From Pristiophorus japonicus (lineage: Eukaryota), in NCBI RefSeq assembly GCF_044704955.1, contig NC_091984.1, forward strand, positions 146,630,001 through 146,694,000: DNA of 64,000 bases. The letters run 5' to 3'. A program made the position numbers and the translations under genes. A model generated the notes under the pieces. That model saw only the letters and a list, made by a program, of their open reading frames with translations, had not been told where the DNA came from and ran no database searches. Position 1 is the first letter of the stretch; each line of letters starts with the position of its first letter. Of this stretch, positions 1 to 11,479 are shown piece by piece.

Positions 1-3
1 AAG

Positions 4-831
4 ATGAAATGCCTTCTGTGGGGTAATCGGGTATTGGTACCAAAAAAGGGCAGGGACACTTTCATTAGTGGTCTCAACAGTACCCACCCAGGCATTGTAA
101 TGATGAAAACAATAGCCAGATCCCACGTGTGGTGGCCCGGTATTGATGCAGACTTAGAGTCCTGTGTGCACAAATGTAACACATGTTCACAGTTCAGCAG
201 TGCACCCAGGGAGGCGTCACTAAGTTTATGGCCTTGGCCCTCCAAACCAAAGTCTAGGGTTCATGTCGACTATGCAAGCCCATTCTTGGGAAAAATGTTC
301 CTAGTGGTTGTTGATGAGTACTCCAAGTGGATTGAATGTGAGATAATGTTGGCAAGCACGTCCGCTGCCACCACTGAAAGCCTGCGGGCCATGTTTGCCA
401 CGCACGACCTGCCTGATGTCCTTGTGAGTGACAACGAGCCGTGTTTCACCAATGCCGAGTTCAAAGAGTACATGACCTGCAATGGGATCAAACATGTCAC
501 ATCTGCCTCGTTCAAACCGGCATCCAATGGTCAGGCAGAGAGTGCAGTGCAAACAATCAAGCAGAGCTTGAAGAGGGTAGCTGAAGGCTCACTGCAGACT
601 CACCTATCCCGAGTCCTGCTTAGTTACCGCATGAGACCCCACTTGCTCACTGGGATTCCACCTGCTAAACTGCTCATGAAAAGGGCATTTAAGGCAAGGC
701 TCTCGTTACTTCGCCCTGATCAACACGAACAGGGAGAGAGCAGGTGGCTTCAACAAAGTACACATCATGATAGCGCAAATGTGTCAAGCGAAATTGAAAT
801 TAATGATCCTGTATTTGTGTTGATCTATGGA
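4..831 (+). mobile_element. Ty3/Gypsy pol integrase fragment (zinc-binding motif plus DDE core), broken at ...VLIYG
   Basis: ORF 4..840 contains HPG...CHKC-type zinc motif, RVHVDY, VVVDEYSKW, VSDN and SNGQAE; the sequence switches abruptly to CR1 RT at ~829. Confidence 0.9.
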
Positions 832-1800
832 ATTCTTTGAGGATGTAACGAGCAGGGTGGATAAAGGGGAACTAGTGGATGTTGTGTATTTTGACTTCCA
901 GAAGGCATTTGACAAGGTATCACATAAATGGTTACTGTACAAGGTAAAATTCACAGTGTTGGGGGTAATATATTAGAATGGATAGAGGATTGGCTAACTA
1001 ACAGAAAACAGAGAGTCGGGATTAATGGTTAATTCTCGTTTTGGCAATCAGTAACTAGTGGGGTGCTGCTGGATCCCCAACTATTTACAATCTATATTAA
1101 CGACTTGGAAGAAGGAATCGAGTGTAACGTAGCCGAGTTTGCTGATGATACAAAGATGGGAGGAAAAGCAATGCATGAGGAGGACACAAAAAACCTCCAA
1201 AAAGGACATAGACAGGCTAAGTGAGTGGGCAAAAATTTGGCAGATGGAGTATAATGTTGGAAAGTGTGAGGTTATGCACATTGGCAGAAAAAAATCGAAG
1301 AGCAAGTTATTATTTAAATGGAGAAAAATTGCAAAGTGCTGCAGTACAGCGGGACCTGGGGGTCCTGGTACATGAAACACAAAAGGTTAGTATGCAGGTA
1401 CAGCAAGTGATCAGGAAGGCCAATGGAATCTTGGCCTTTATTGCAAAGGGGATGGAGTATAAAAGCAGGGAAGTCTTGCTACAGCTATACAGGGTATTGA
1501 TGAGGCCACATTTGGAATACTGCGTACAGTTTTGGTTTCCATATTTACGAAAGGATACACTTGCCTTGGAGGCCGTTCAGAGAAGGTTCATTAGGTTGAT
1601 TCTGGGAATGAGGAAAGGTTGTGTAGATTGGGCCTCTACTCATTGGAATTCAGAAGAATGAGAGGTGGCCTTATCGACCAAGGTGGATACAAAGAGGATG
1701 TTTCCACTGATAGGGGAGACTAGAACTAAGCGGCATAATATTAGAATAAGGTGCCATCCATTTAAAACTGAGATGAGGAGGAATTTATTCTCTCGGTATC
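829..1800 (+). mobile_element. CR1 LINE ORF2 reverse-transcriptase fragment, decayed
   Basis: EFFEDVT, DFQKAFDKV, FADDTK and RPHLEYCVQFW motifs spread across frameshifts. Confidence 0.9.
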
Positions 1801-1825
1801 TCTAATCTCTAATTATTCTCGAATC

Positions 1826-3306
1826 TCTGGATTACTCCCAGTGCCATGAGCTAGTGAGTACAGAAACAGGAGGATAGAGCAGACGAATACATGCCTGGAG
1901 AGATGGTGCAGGCGGGAGGGCTTTAGTTTCCTGAGGTATTGGGACCGTTTCAGGGGGAGGTGGAACCTGCACAAGCCGGACGGGTTTCACCTCAACAGAG
2001 CCGGGACAAATATCCTCGCGGTGGGGAGGGTTTGTTAGTGCTGTTGGGGAGGGTTTAAACTAGCTGGGCAGGGGTCTGGGAACCTGAAAATAGATTCAGT
2101 AGGGAGGGGAGTAAAGCTGGAATTAGAAAGCAAAAATAAAGTGAGTTTGAAGGAGAGAGGAAACGAGCAGGAAAAAAGGTTAAAAAACAAATTTAAAGGA
2201 TCTTTGTCTAAATGCACGTAGCATTTGTAACAAAATAGATCAGTTGACGGCACAAATAGATACAAATGGGTATGATCTGTAGCCATTACAGAGACATGGT
2301 TGCAAGGTGACCAGGACTGGGTACTAAATATTCAGGGGTGCTTGACAATCCGGAAGGACAGACAGAAAGGAAAAGGAGGTGGGGTAGCTCTATTGATAAA
2401 GGATGGAATCACTGCAATAGTGAGAAATGAAATTGGCTCAAATGATGAGGATGTTGAAACAGTTTGTGTGGAGATAAGGAATAATAAAGGGAAAAAGTCA
2501 CTGGTGGGCATAATCTATAGGCCCCCAAACAGTAGCACCTCTGTTGGTCGGAGAATAAACCAGGAAATAGTGGAGGCTTGTGAAAAGGGAACAACAATAA
2601 TCATGGGTGATTTTAACCTCCACATTGATTGGACAAATCAAATTGGTGAGGGTAGCCTTGAGGAAGAGTTCATAGAGTGCATAAGGGAAGGGTTCCTTGA
2701 GCAGTCTGTAACGGAATCAACCAGGGGGCAGGCTATCTTAGATCTGGTCCTGTGTAATGAAATAGGATTAGTAAACAATCTCCTCATAAAGGATCCCCTT
2801 GGAGCAAGTGATGATAACATGGTTCAATTTCAAATTCAGATGGAGGATGAGAAAGTTGGATCTCAAACCAGCGTTCTAAGCTTAAATAAAGGAGACTACA
2901 AAGATATGAGGGCAGAGTTGGCTAAAGTGGACTGGGAAAATGGATTAAAGTGTAGGACAGCTGATGAACAGTGGTACACATTTAAGGAAGTATTTCACAA
3001 CCCTGAAGAAAAATATATTCCAGTGAGGAGGAAAGGTGTAAAAGAAAAGATAGCCATCTGTGGTTAATTAACAAAATAAAGGACGGTATCCAATTAAAAA
3101 CAAGGGCATACAAAGTGGCCAAAACTAGTGGAAGGGCAGAAGATTGGGAAGCTTTGAAAAGCCAGCAAAGATTGACTAAAAAAATGATTAAGAAAGGGAA
3201 GATAGACTATGAAAGTAAACTAGCACAAAATATAAAAACAGATAGCAAGAGTTTCTATATGTATATAAAAAGGAAAAGAGTGGCTAAAGTAAAGGTTGGT
3301 CCCTTA
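1826..3306 (+). mobile_element. CR1 LINE fragment: end of ORF1 esterase plus ORF2 APE endonuclease
   Basis: KPDG.HL esterase end; ORF 2300..3067 has GGGVALLIK, YRPPNS, GDFN, LDLVL and a degenerate SD(H) motif. Confidence 0.88.
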
Positions 3307-3544
3307 GATTCTAGGCTGTGAGCGCGGTTCATAGTTTTCTCCCGTGTCATTAACAAACGTACAGCTGTGACAATCTCCCTCTTTCACTTCCTCTGTGGGT
3401 GAAGTTTCATTCTTCCGATCTGACAGGCTCTTCAGTTATTTGTTGCACGGGGGATTTCTGCTGTGGTCTGAGTCTCTAATAATAACCGTCCAATCAGGCA
3501 GAATAACAGCAGCTCGGACCAGCTAGGACAGCGGACCCAGGCTC

Positions 3545-3990
3545 AGTGCTGACCCTGCAACGTCCTCCTCACCAACATCTGGGGACTTGTGCCAAAAGTG
3601 GGAGAGCTGCCCCACAGACTAGTCAAGCACCAGCCTGACATAGTCCTACTCACAGAATCAGACCTTTCAGCCAATGTCCCAGATTCCTCCATCACCCGAG
3701 GTGGCAGCTCAGTGGTACACAGTCGGGAGGGAGTGGCCCTGGGAGTCCTCAACATTGACTCCGGACCCCATGAAGTCTCATGGCATCAGGTCAAACACGG
3801 GCAATGAAACCTCCTGCTGATTGCCACCTCCCGCCCTCCCTCAGCTGATGAATCAGTACTCCTCCATGTTGAACACCACTCGGAAGAAGCACTGAGAGTA
3901 GCAAGGACACAGAATGTACTCTGGGTGAGGGACTTCATTGTCCATCACCAAGAGTGGCTCGGTAGCACCACTACTGACCGAGCTGGCCGA
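3545..3990 (+). mobile_element. APE-endonuclease fragment of a different non-LTR retrotransposon
   Basis: LTNIWGL...QPDIVLLTES N-terminal APE motif, followed by degenerate (Y)RPPS and (G)DF motifs. Confidence 0.65.
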
Positions 3991-4235
3991 GAGGGGCGAT
4001 GCTGACATTGCAATCACAGGTACTGGAGGACTAGAGGTCTGCAAACATGGTAGCTTTGTTTAAAAAGGGAGTAAGGGATCGATCGAGTCACTACAGGTCA
4101 GTCGGACTCACTTCGGGGGCGGGATAGGAAGAATCTTCATTTAACAAAACACAGATTAGCCAAGGACAGTCAGCATGGATTTATTAAGGGAAGTTTGTGT
4201 CTGAATAACTTGATTCAATTTTTTGAGGAGATAAC

Positions 4236-5690
4236 AATGTAACGCCTCTGTTTAAAAAAGGGGGCAGACAAAAGGCAGGTAACTATAGGCCGGTTAGTTT
4301 AACATCTGTCGTGGGGAAAATGCTTGAAACTATCATTAAGGAAGAAATAGCGGGACATCTAGATCGGAATAGTGCAATCAAGCAGACGCAGCATGGATTC
4401 ATGAAGGGGAAATCATATTTAACTAATTCACTGGAATTCTTTGAGGATATAACGAGCATGGTGGATAGAGGTGTACCGATGGATGGCGTGTATTTAGATT
4501 TTCAAAAGGCATTCAATAAGGTGCCACACAAAAGGTTACTTCAAAATATAAAGGTACGCGGTGTCAGTGTAACTATATTACCATAGATAGAGAATTGGCT
4601 GGCTAACAGAGAGCAGAGAATCGGGATAAATGGGTCCTTTTCGGGTTGGAAATCGGTGGTTAGTGATGTGCCACAGGGATCGGAGCTGAGACCACAACTG
4701 TTTACAATATACATAGATGACCTGGAAGAGGGGACAGAGTGTAGTGTAACAAAATTTGCATAAGACACAAAGATTAGTGGGAAAGCGGGTTGTGTAGAGG
4801 ACACAGAGAGGCTGCAAAGAGATTTAGATAGGTTAAGCAAATAGGCTAAGGTTTGGCAGATGGAATACAATGTCGGAAAGTGTGAGGTCATCCACCTTGG
4901 GAAAAAAAACAGTAAAAGGGAATATTATTTGAATGGGGAGAAATTACAACATGCTGCGGTGCAGAGGGACCTGGGGGTCGTTGTGCATGAATCCCAAAAC
5001 GTTAATTTGCAGGTGCAGCAGGTAATCAGGAAGGCGAATGGAATGTTGGCCTTCATTGCGAGAGGGATGGAGTACAAAAGCAGGAAGGGCCTTCTGCAAC
5101 TGTATAGGGTATTGGTGAGGCCGCACCTGGAGTACTGCGTGCAGTTTTGGTCACCTTTCTTAAGGAAGGATATACTAGCTTTGGAGTGGGTACAGAGACG
5201 ATTCACTCGGCTGATTCCGGAGCTGAGGGGGTTACCATATGATGATAGATTGAGTAGACTGGGTCTTTACTCGTTGGAGTGCAGAAGGATGAGGTGTGAT
5301 CTTTTAGAAACATTTAAAATAATGAAAGGGATAGACAAGATAGAGGCAGAGAGGTTGTTTCCACTGGTCGGGGAGACAAGAACTAGGGGGCACAGCCTCA
5401 AAATACAGGGGAGCCAATTTAAAACCGGGTTGAGAAGGAATTTCTTCTCCCAGAGGGTTGTGAATCTGTGGAATTCTCTGCCCAAGGAAGCAGTTGAGGC
5501 TAGCTCATTGAATGTATTCATCACAGATAGATAGATTTTTAACCATTAAGGGAATTAAGGGTTATGGGGAGCGGGTGGGCAAGTGAAGCTGAGTCCACGG
5601 CCAGATCAGCCATGATCTTGTTGAGTGGCGGAGCAGGCTCGAGGGGCTAGATGGCCTACTCCTGTTCCTAATTCTTATGTTCTTATGTTC
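4236..5690 (+). mobile_element. CR1 LINE, RT to 3' end with (TTCTTATG)n tail
   Basis: ORFs 4311..4586 and 4860..5534 (QHGFMKGKS, RPHLEYCVQFWSP, RVVNLWNSLP); octamer tail at ~5672-5690. Confidence 0.92.
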
Positions 5691-5841
5691 TTAAGGAGGG
5701 TTGATGAGGGCAGTGCGTTTGATGACGTGTATATGGATTTTAGCAAAACTTTTTAATGGCAGTCTTGTCGTAAAAGTAAAAGCCCATGGGATCCAGGGCA
5801 AAGTGACAAGTTGGATCCAAAATTGCCTCAGATGCAGGAAC

Positions 5842-6352
5842 CATAGAAAATTGGTGCAGGAGTAGGCCATTCGGCCCTTCGAGCCTGCACCACCATTCAA
5901 TAAGATCATTCCCTCAGTACCCCTTTCCTGCTTTCTCTCTATATCCCTTGATCCCTCAGCCGTAAGGGCCATATCCAACTCTCTCTTGAATATATCCAAT
6001 GAACTGGCATCAACAACTCTCTGCGGCAGGGAATTCCACAGGTTAACAACTCTCTGAGTGAAGAAGTTTCTCCTCATCTTAGTCATAAATGGCCTACCCC
6101 TTATCCTAAGATTGTGTCCCCTAGTTCTGGACTTCCCCAACATCGGGAACATTCTTCCCGCATCTAACCTGTCCCGTCCCGTCAGAATCTTATATGTTTC
6201 TATCAGATCCCCTCTCTTCCTTCTAAACTCTCGTGTATAAAGGCCCAGTTGATTCAGTCTCTCCTCATATGAAGGTGCAGCCATCCCTGGAATCAGTCTG
6301 GTGAATCTTCGCTGCACTCCCTCAATAGCAAGAACGTCCTTCCTCAGATTAG
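5842..6352 (-). mobile_element. CR1 3' fragment nested in another CR1 RT fragment
   Basis: ORF 5691..6317(-) carries the RT C-terminus; flanks 5690-5840 and 6352-6496 are contiguous + strand CR1 RT. Confidence 0.85.
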
Positions 6353-6496
6353 GGTAATGGTGATGGGTGTTTTTGTGACTGGAAGGCTGTATCCAGTGCT
6401 CAGGGCTCAGTGCTGGGTCCCTTGCTTTTTGTGGTATATATCAATGATTTAGACTTGAATGTAGGGGGTATGATTAAGAAGTATGCAGATGATACT

Positions 6497-7137
6497 TGTA
6501 ATGTATAAATAAAGAGTCTGACCAGATACAGTGAGCTCAAAGTAAAGTGTGACCTTAGTCTTTCTTTGCACATCTCCAGAGTGCCTCTCCAACCTGTGAG
6601 GACTCCGTCAGTTAAGGGATTGTGGGATTTCTTGGGACTCCAGGGGATGAGCCCTCTGGTGGTTAAACAAGGTATTTACAGAGTTACATATATAACAACA
6701 CTCCCCCACCCACGCCGCCCCCCTGCTCCAAAGTCAACAGTGTAACTATTTACAAGGTGAGTCGAAGTGGGGCCTTTCTTTCCCTGGTTGATGTCTCGGT
6801 GCAAATGCTGGTTTTGGTGAGTCATTTGTTGGGCCCTCGCTGGGCTGCTGTGTAGCTGGCCTTGCTGGGCTGCCTGGTGTGGTGAGTCCTGCTGGGCTGT
6901 TGCAGGTGATGGGTTCTGCTTATTGGTCAACCACTGTGTCGGTTGCTACTGGTGTGTGTGTTGCGGGGGGGTCATAAAAGGTACGGTCTAATGTGGGTTG
7001 CTCTGGATGGTCCGTGAATCTGAGTTTGGTTTGGTCCAAGTGTTTCCTGTAGATGAGTCCATTTGAAAGTTTGACCCAAAACACCCTACTCCCCTCTTTG
7101 GCCATGACAGTGCTGGGAAGCCACTTGGGACCTTGTC
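6497..7137 (-). mobile_element. Gypsy 3' end: integrase C-terminus, polypurine tract and ~204 bp LTR (6497-6700)
   Basis: Minus strand reads QGPKWLPSTVMAKEGSRVFWVKLSNG..RKHLDQ; PPT GGGGGAG abuts a TG...CA-bounded LTR. Confidence 0.8.
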
Positions 7138-7729
7138 ACATCCAGGGGATTTATTTGCCTTTAGTCCTATTATCTTACTGAGTACCACCTCCTTAGTGAT
7201 TGTGATTGTGTTAAGTTCCAACCCCGGTAACCCAGCAAATTTTTCCTTTTCAAAATATATATCCAATTCCATCTTGCAGACCTGGGCCCACAGCACTAGA
7301 CTGCCCTTAACCTGGGCACAACATTGGCATCTCATTCATTCACTGGGACAGGAAATACCTGGTGTGGGAAATGGAGCCCAGGGCTCTGAACATTCCCTCT
7401 GCTCTCGAGAAAAGCCGCATGCTTGGGTCCAGTTCCATGGGCCTCGACTGCACGTTCCGACCTCACCCAATTCCCCGTGTGTAAGCCTGGACCGTCTCAG
7501 CAGGATATCCAACTGCAGGAGGCCTCACCACAGTGTCCAGCACTGTCCTCACCTGAAATCCACACACAGTCTGCATTGATCGGGAGCCTTTAAGATGCTA
7601 AAGTTGTCAAGCCGCTTGCCAGCAGGATATCAGAGCACAGGGTGCTTCACCCTCAGCATCGACTCTCAGCGGGCAGTGAGGTCAGGGGCAATACATCAGT
7701 GAGGTCTCTGCGAGCAGCAAGATCAACTT

Positions 7730-8085
7730 TTTTTAAAATTCTGATGGGACTGGACAGGTTAGATGCAGGAAGAATGTTCCCGATTTTGGGGGAGCCCAGA
7801 ACCAGGGGTCACAATCTAAGATAAGGGGTAAGCCATTTAGGACTGAGGTGAGGAGAAACTTCTTCACTCAGAGAGTTGTTAACCTGTGAAATTCTCTACC
7901 GCAGAGAGTTGTTGATGCCAGTTCATTGGATATATTCAAAAGGGAGTTAGATATGGCCCTCATGGCTAAAGGGATCAAGCAGGAAAGGGATACTGAGGTG
8001 AATGTTCAGCCATGATCTTATTAAATGGTGGTGCAGGCTCAAAGAGGCGAATGGCCGACTCCTGCACCTATTTTCTATGTTTCTT
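7730..8085 (+). mobile_element. CR1 3' fragment
   Basis: KILMGLDRLDAGRMFP...RTRGH, followed by CR1 3' UTR and tail. Confidence 0.85.
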
Positions 8086-8087
8086 TG

Positions 8088-8520
8088 TCCAATAGGACAA
8101 ATAGGAAGGAGCAACGTTTCCTGGTGCCTATTGGTGGACCAATACGAATGAGCCATGTTTCCTGGTCCCTACTGGAGGATCAATAGGAAAAAGCCATGTT
8201 TCCTGATCCCTATTGGAGGACCAATCGGAAGGAGCCATGTTTTCTGGTCCCAATTGCAGGACCAATAGGAAGTAGCCATGTTGCATGATACCTTTTGGAC
8301 AACCAATAGGAAGAAGCCATGTTTCATTGTCCTTATTGGAGGATCAATAGGATGGCATCATGTTTCCTGGGTCCGATTGGGGGACTAATAGGAAGGAGCC
8401 ATGATTCCTGGGCCCTATTGTGGGACCAATAGGAAGGAGCCATGATTCCTGGGCCCTATTGTGGGACCAATCGGAAGGAGCCATATTACCTGGGCCCGAT
8501 TGGAGGACCAATGGGACATG
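8088..8520. repeat. 41-bp minisatellite, ~10 copies (CCAATAGGAAGGAGCCATGTTTCCTGGTCCCTATTGGAGGA-like)
   Basis: Period of 41 bp (CCAAT at 8426 and 8467); each unit has an internal CCAATAGG/CCTATTGG inverted repeat. Confidence 0.9.
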
Positions 8521-9086
8521 GAATGTGGACCCTTCCTGTTGTAAATGTGGGATCATTGGCACCTGATCCCAGTAAAAACAACCTGATCTGGAGTGGGGCC
8601 ATGGAAGGGGAAGGGATTCAAAGATGTTCTGAGCAGACAGGATGGAGCAGTGGGTCAGAACCTGTCCTGTTGTAACAGCTCACACTGATGGGGTGAGGAT
8701 CTCCTCCCTCTGCTGGGCCTTCCTGAAATGAGCTTTATGTCCAAACCGGTCCCCACTGAGAGTAGGCCCACACCACAGAACGGCCCTTAATTGGGCAATA
8801 AACAACCAGTGTACTGAGAGAGGCCAACGAATGGCCACTGTGGGGAATGGGGCCTTACTCCAGAAGGCATGCTCTGGAGTCAAGGGTTAACATCCATTGG
8901 TGGGGCAGGGCACAGGTAGGTTTATTCTGCATTTCAGTATGCTGCACCTGGGAGTCTGTGTTGAAGGGAGAGGGGGAGAGAGATGGAGGAATGGAGAAAG
9001 AAAGAGGGGGAGAAGGAGGGTGGGGGAGAAGGAGGGTGGGGAAGAGGAAGTGAAATGTGCTGACGTGGCTTTCTCTGGGTGAAGAC

Positions 9087-9140
9087 ATTTACATACTGAG
9101 GGATGGGCAGTGAGACTCTCACAGGCTGCAGGTTTATAAA
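9087..9140 (+). promoter_or_regulatory. Ig light-chain V promoter: octamer variant ATTTACAT (9087-9094) and TATAAA (9135-9140)
   Basis: 7/8 match to ATTTGCAT in light-chain orientation, ~100 bp upstream of the leader ATG and ~40 bp upstream of TATA. Confidence 0.75.
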
Positions 9141-9193
9141 GCAGAACCCAGTGAAGAATAGTTTATCAGTAAGCAGGGACAGGAGCAGACACC

Positions 9194-9242
9194 ATGATTT
9201 CACCCATCCAGCTGATCTGGCCTCTGGCATTCTGCATCGCAG
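9194..9242 (+). CDS. IGKV: Ig kappa-type light-chain leader exon (MISPIQLIWPLAFCIA-G)
   Basis: ACCATG context, hydrophobic signal peptide, phase-1 GT donor at 9243; intron 9243-9429 ends in a pyrimidine tract plus CAG. Confidence 0.93.
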
Positions 9243-9429
9243 GTACCAATCTCTCTCCTTCCACGTTCAATATCTCCCTGCTGTCGATTTCTGTCCAACT
9301 CTACTGACCAGTGATTGAAGGGCAAATGCTGACACGAGAGGAGAGCTCAGTGTCTCGAGCAATCTCCCATTTTACAGTGTCTTTCTGTGACAGTGCTTAC
9401 TTCACTTTCTTTCCCCATTTCCCCCTCAG

Positions 9430-9728
9430 GTATCAGTGGGGACATCATCATGACCCAGTCTCCCCCGGTGCTGTCAGTGAGTGAGGGACAGACTGCAACC
9501 ATCACCTGTACCGCCAGTGCATCCGTTGGCAAGTATGTTGCTTGGTACCAGCAGAAAGCCGGACAGAAACCCACTCTGCTGATCTATTATGCAACAACTC
9601 GTTTCACTGGAACCTCCGATCGCTTCACCGGCAGTTACCAGTCCAACACGTTCACCCTGAGCATCAGCAACGTGCAGAGCGAGGATGTCGCAGACTATTA
9701 CTGTCAGCAATATAGCAGCTCCCCTCTA
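9430..9728 (+). CDS. IGKV: Ig light-chain V exon, kappa type (shark NS4/type III-like), open and germline
   Basis: [17 protein letters not shown]...ITC...WYQQK...LLIY...[16 protein letters not shown]; both cysteines and the tryptophan are intact; no stop codons. Confidence 0.97.
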
Positions 9729-9756
9729 CACTGTGATACACAGCCGTACAAAAACC
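9729..9756 (+). other. 12-bp-spacer recombination signal sequence of V
   Basis: CACTGTG + ATACACAGCCGT (12 nt) + ACAAAAACC (perfect nonamer). A V12/J23 arrangement is the kappa-type configuration. Confidence 0.96.
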
Positions 9757-9760
9757 TCAA

Positions 9761-10089
9761 TATACACAGCCCCACCTCCTGTACTGACTCACCCCACAGT
9801 TATATATAATATATAATAATGGACACACAGCCCCACCTCCTGTACTGACTCACCACACAGTTACATACAATATATAATAATGGACACACAGCCCCACCTC
9901 CTGTACTGACTCACCCCACAGTTATATATAATATATAATAATGGACACACAGCCCCACCTCCTGTACTGACTCACCACACAGTTACATACAATATATAAT
10001 AATGGACACACAGCCCCACCTCCTGTACTGACTCACCACACAGTTATATATAATATATAATAATGGACACACAGCCCCACCTTCTGTAC
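9761..10089. repeat. 61-bp minisatellite, ~5.4 copies, immediately 3' of the V RSS
   Basis: Unit ACACACAGCCCCACCTCCTGTACTGACTCACC(C/A)CACAGTTA(T/C)ATA(T/C)AATATATAATAATGG; GGACAC recurs at 9821 and 9882. Confidence 0.95.
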
Positions 10090-10299
10090 GGTTTTACACA
10101 TGACTGACACAGCTTGATGGGAGTGATGGCAGGAATATTCAGCTGGAAGCTGCAGTAAATTGGGAAAGGATGGAGTGGGCCAGAGAGGAGTTGGGGCTGT
10201 GTCTTCATCACTGAGAATCTCACAGCTCTACTCTGTACATTCAGACAGCACGGAGACACTGGGTAGTCCCTGTGTCCTCAATCCAAATAATCTCAAAAC

Positions 10300-10710
10300 C
10301 CCCCCACTATTGAGAGGGCCACAACTTATAAAACCCAAGGCATAAACATGAAATGAAAGTGAACAAGTGAAATGGTCGTGCTCTTTCCCTGCCCACCCCA
10401 CACTCCAGGCACTGCGGTGCTCAGCCGTCGCAGAAGGCCTCAGGCCTACCCTGGGCTCCGTCTCCAGGTCCACCCGGGTGCAGATAAAGCCTCCGAAGTG
10501 AGGCAGGCAGGCAGTGCGACCACACCATGGGCCCCGTCCAACTGGGACCTGTGGATGGTCTGCCTGCTCCCCCCACACCGGGTGACCAGGCCCAGGAGCG
10601 TGGGACTGAAGTGGAGCCAGAAATCGAGGAGCAGCCCCTTCAAATAGTGGAAGAGGGGCTGCATCCTCTCACACTCCACGTACACACGGGTCACGGACTG
10701 AGGAAATAGG
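10300..10710 (-). mobile_element. Tx1/L1-like non-LTR retrotransposon ORF2 C-terminal fragment inside the V-J interval
   Basis: Minus translation VYVECERMQPLFHYLKGLLLDFWLHFSPTLL resembles the Tx1 ORF2 region after the zinc knuckle. Confidence 0.7.
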
Positions 10711-10974
10711 TTTCTAAAGCCCCTGAAACTCGTTATTTTATAATGATCCCCGAGGAAGGCCTGTGTCAGCAACACAAACATCTCGCTTGCTGACGGAGCC
10801 CGTTGTTCAAGGGGCACAAAGAGGTGAGCCCTGTGTGACAGGGACTTTCATTCTCCAGCAATTCCGTGGCCCCAGGGTTACCGTCTGATGGGGCGGGAAG
10901 GGTAGCTGGGAGATTTGTCCCAAACACGTCGGATCCCCAACTCTCCCGGGCACTGCCACAGGTAACTCGGACAC

Positions 10975-11300
10975 GGAGAGAAGGGAGGTAGAGAGAGAGA
11001 GAGAGGAAGGTAGAGAGTGAGAGAGGGAGAGAGTGAGAGAGCGTGATTGTAGTGGGAGAGAGATTGAGTGAGTAAGCGAAGGAGTGGGAGAGAGTGTAAG
11101 GGAGCGGAAGCGACAGAGAGGGAGGGAGGGAGGGAGAGGGAGTGAGGGGGATAGAGAGAGTGTGAGAGGGAGGGCGGGAGAAACAGAGTCAGCGAGACTG
11201 GTGAGAGAGAGACAGTGAGTGAAACACTGACAAAGAGACACAGAGGGGGAGACACACACACACACACACACACAGACAGAGAGAGGGGGAGAGAGACTGA
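10975..11300. repeat. (GA)n-rich polypurine tract with an embedded (CA)n, directly upstream of the J RSS
   Basis: Direct reading of the sequence. Confidence 0.9.
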
Positions 11301-11316
11301 GTGAGCCAGGGTCAGA

Positions 11317-11355
11317 TGATATTGTACAGCTGCTGCACTCGAAGCTGTCACTGTG
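11317..11355 (+). other. 23-bp-spacer RSS of J, with a divergent nonamer
   Basis: TGATATTGT (consensus GGTTTTTGT) + 23 nt (11326-11348) + CACTGTG. Confidence 0.9.
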
Positions 11356-11390
11356 GCTCACGTTCGGTAAAGGAACCAAGCTCAGACTGA
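11356..11390 (+). CDS. IGKJ: Ig light-chain J segment (LTFGKGTKLRL)
   Basis: FGxG motif; phase-1 GTAAGT donor at 11391 splices in frame to C, giving ...LRL-S-RGKTPPTLTLL. Confidence 0.96.
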
Positions 11391-11479
11391 GTAAGTAAAC
11401 CCCAATGCTCCGTTATTAACACTTTAAATGCTGAATCTTTCTCAGACACAAATGCTGAATAGGGGAATATTTTAGTTTA

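Noticed and set aside
829-7140. RAG-mediated origin of the inversion
   Set aside because: No heptamer/nonamer at either breakpoint; only a 2-nt overlap is seen.
9387-9809. 140-aa ORF as the V gene model
   Set aside because: It starts in the leader intron and reads through the RSS; the true exon is 9430-9728.
10807-11379. 190-aa and 157-aa minus-strand ORFs
   Set aside because: Translations of the (TC)n microsatellite.
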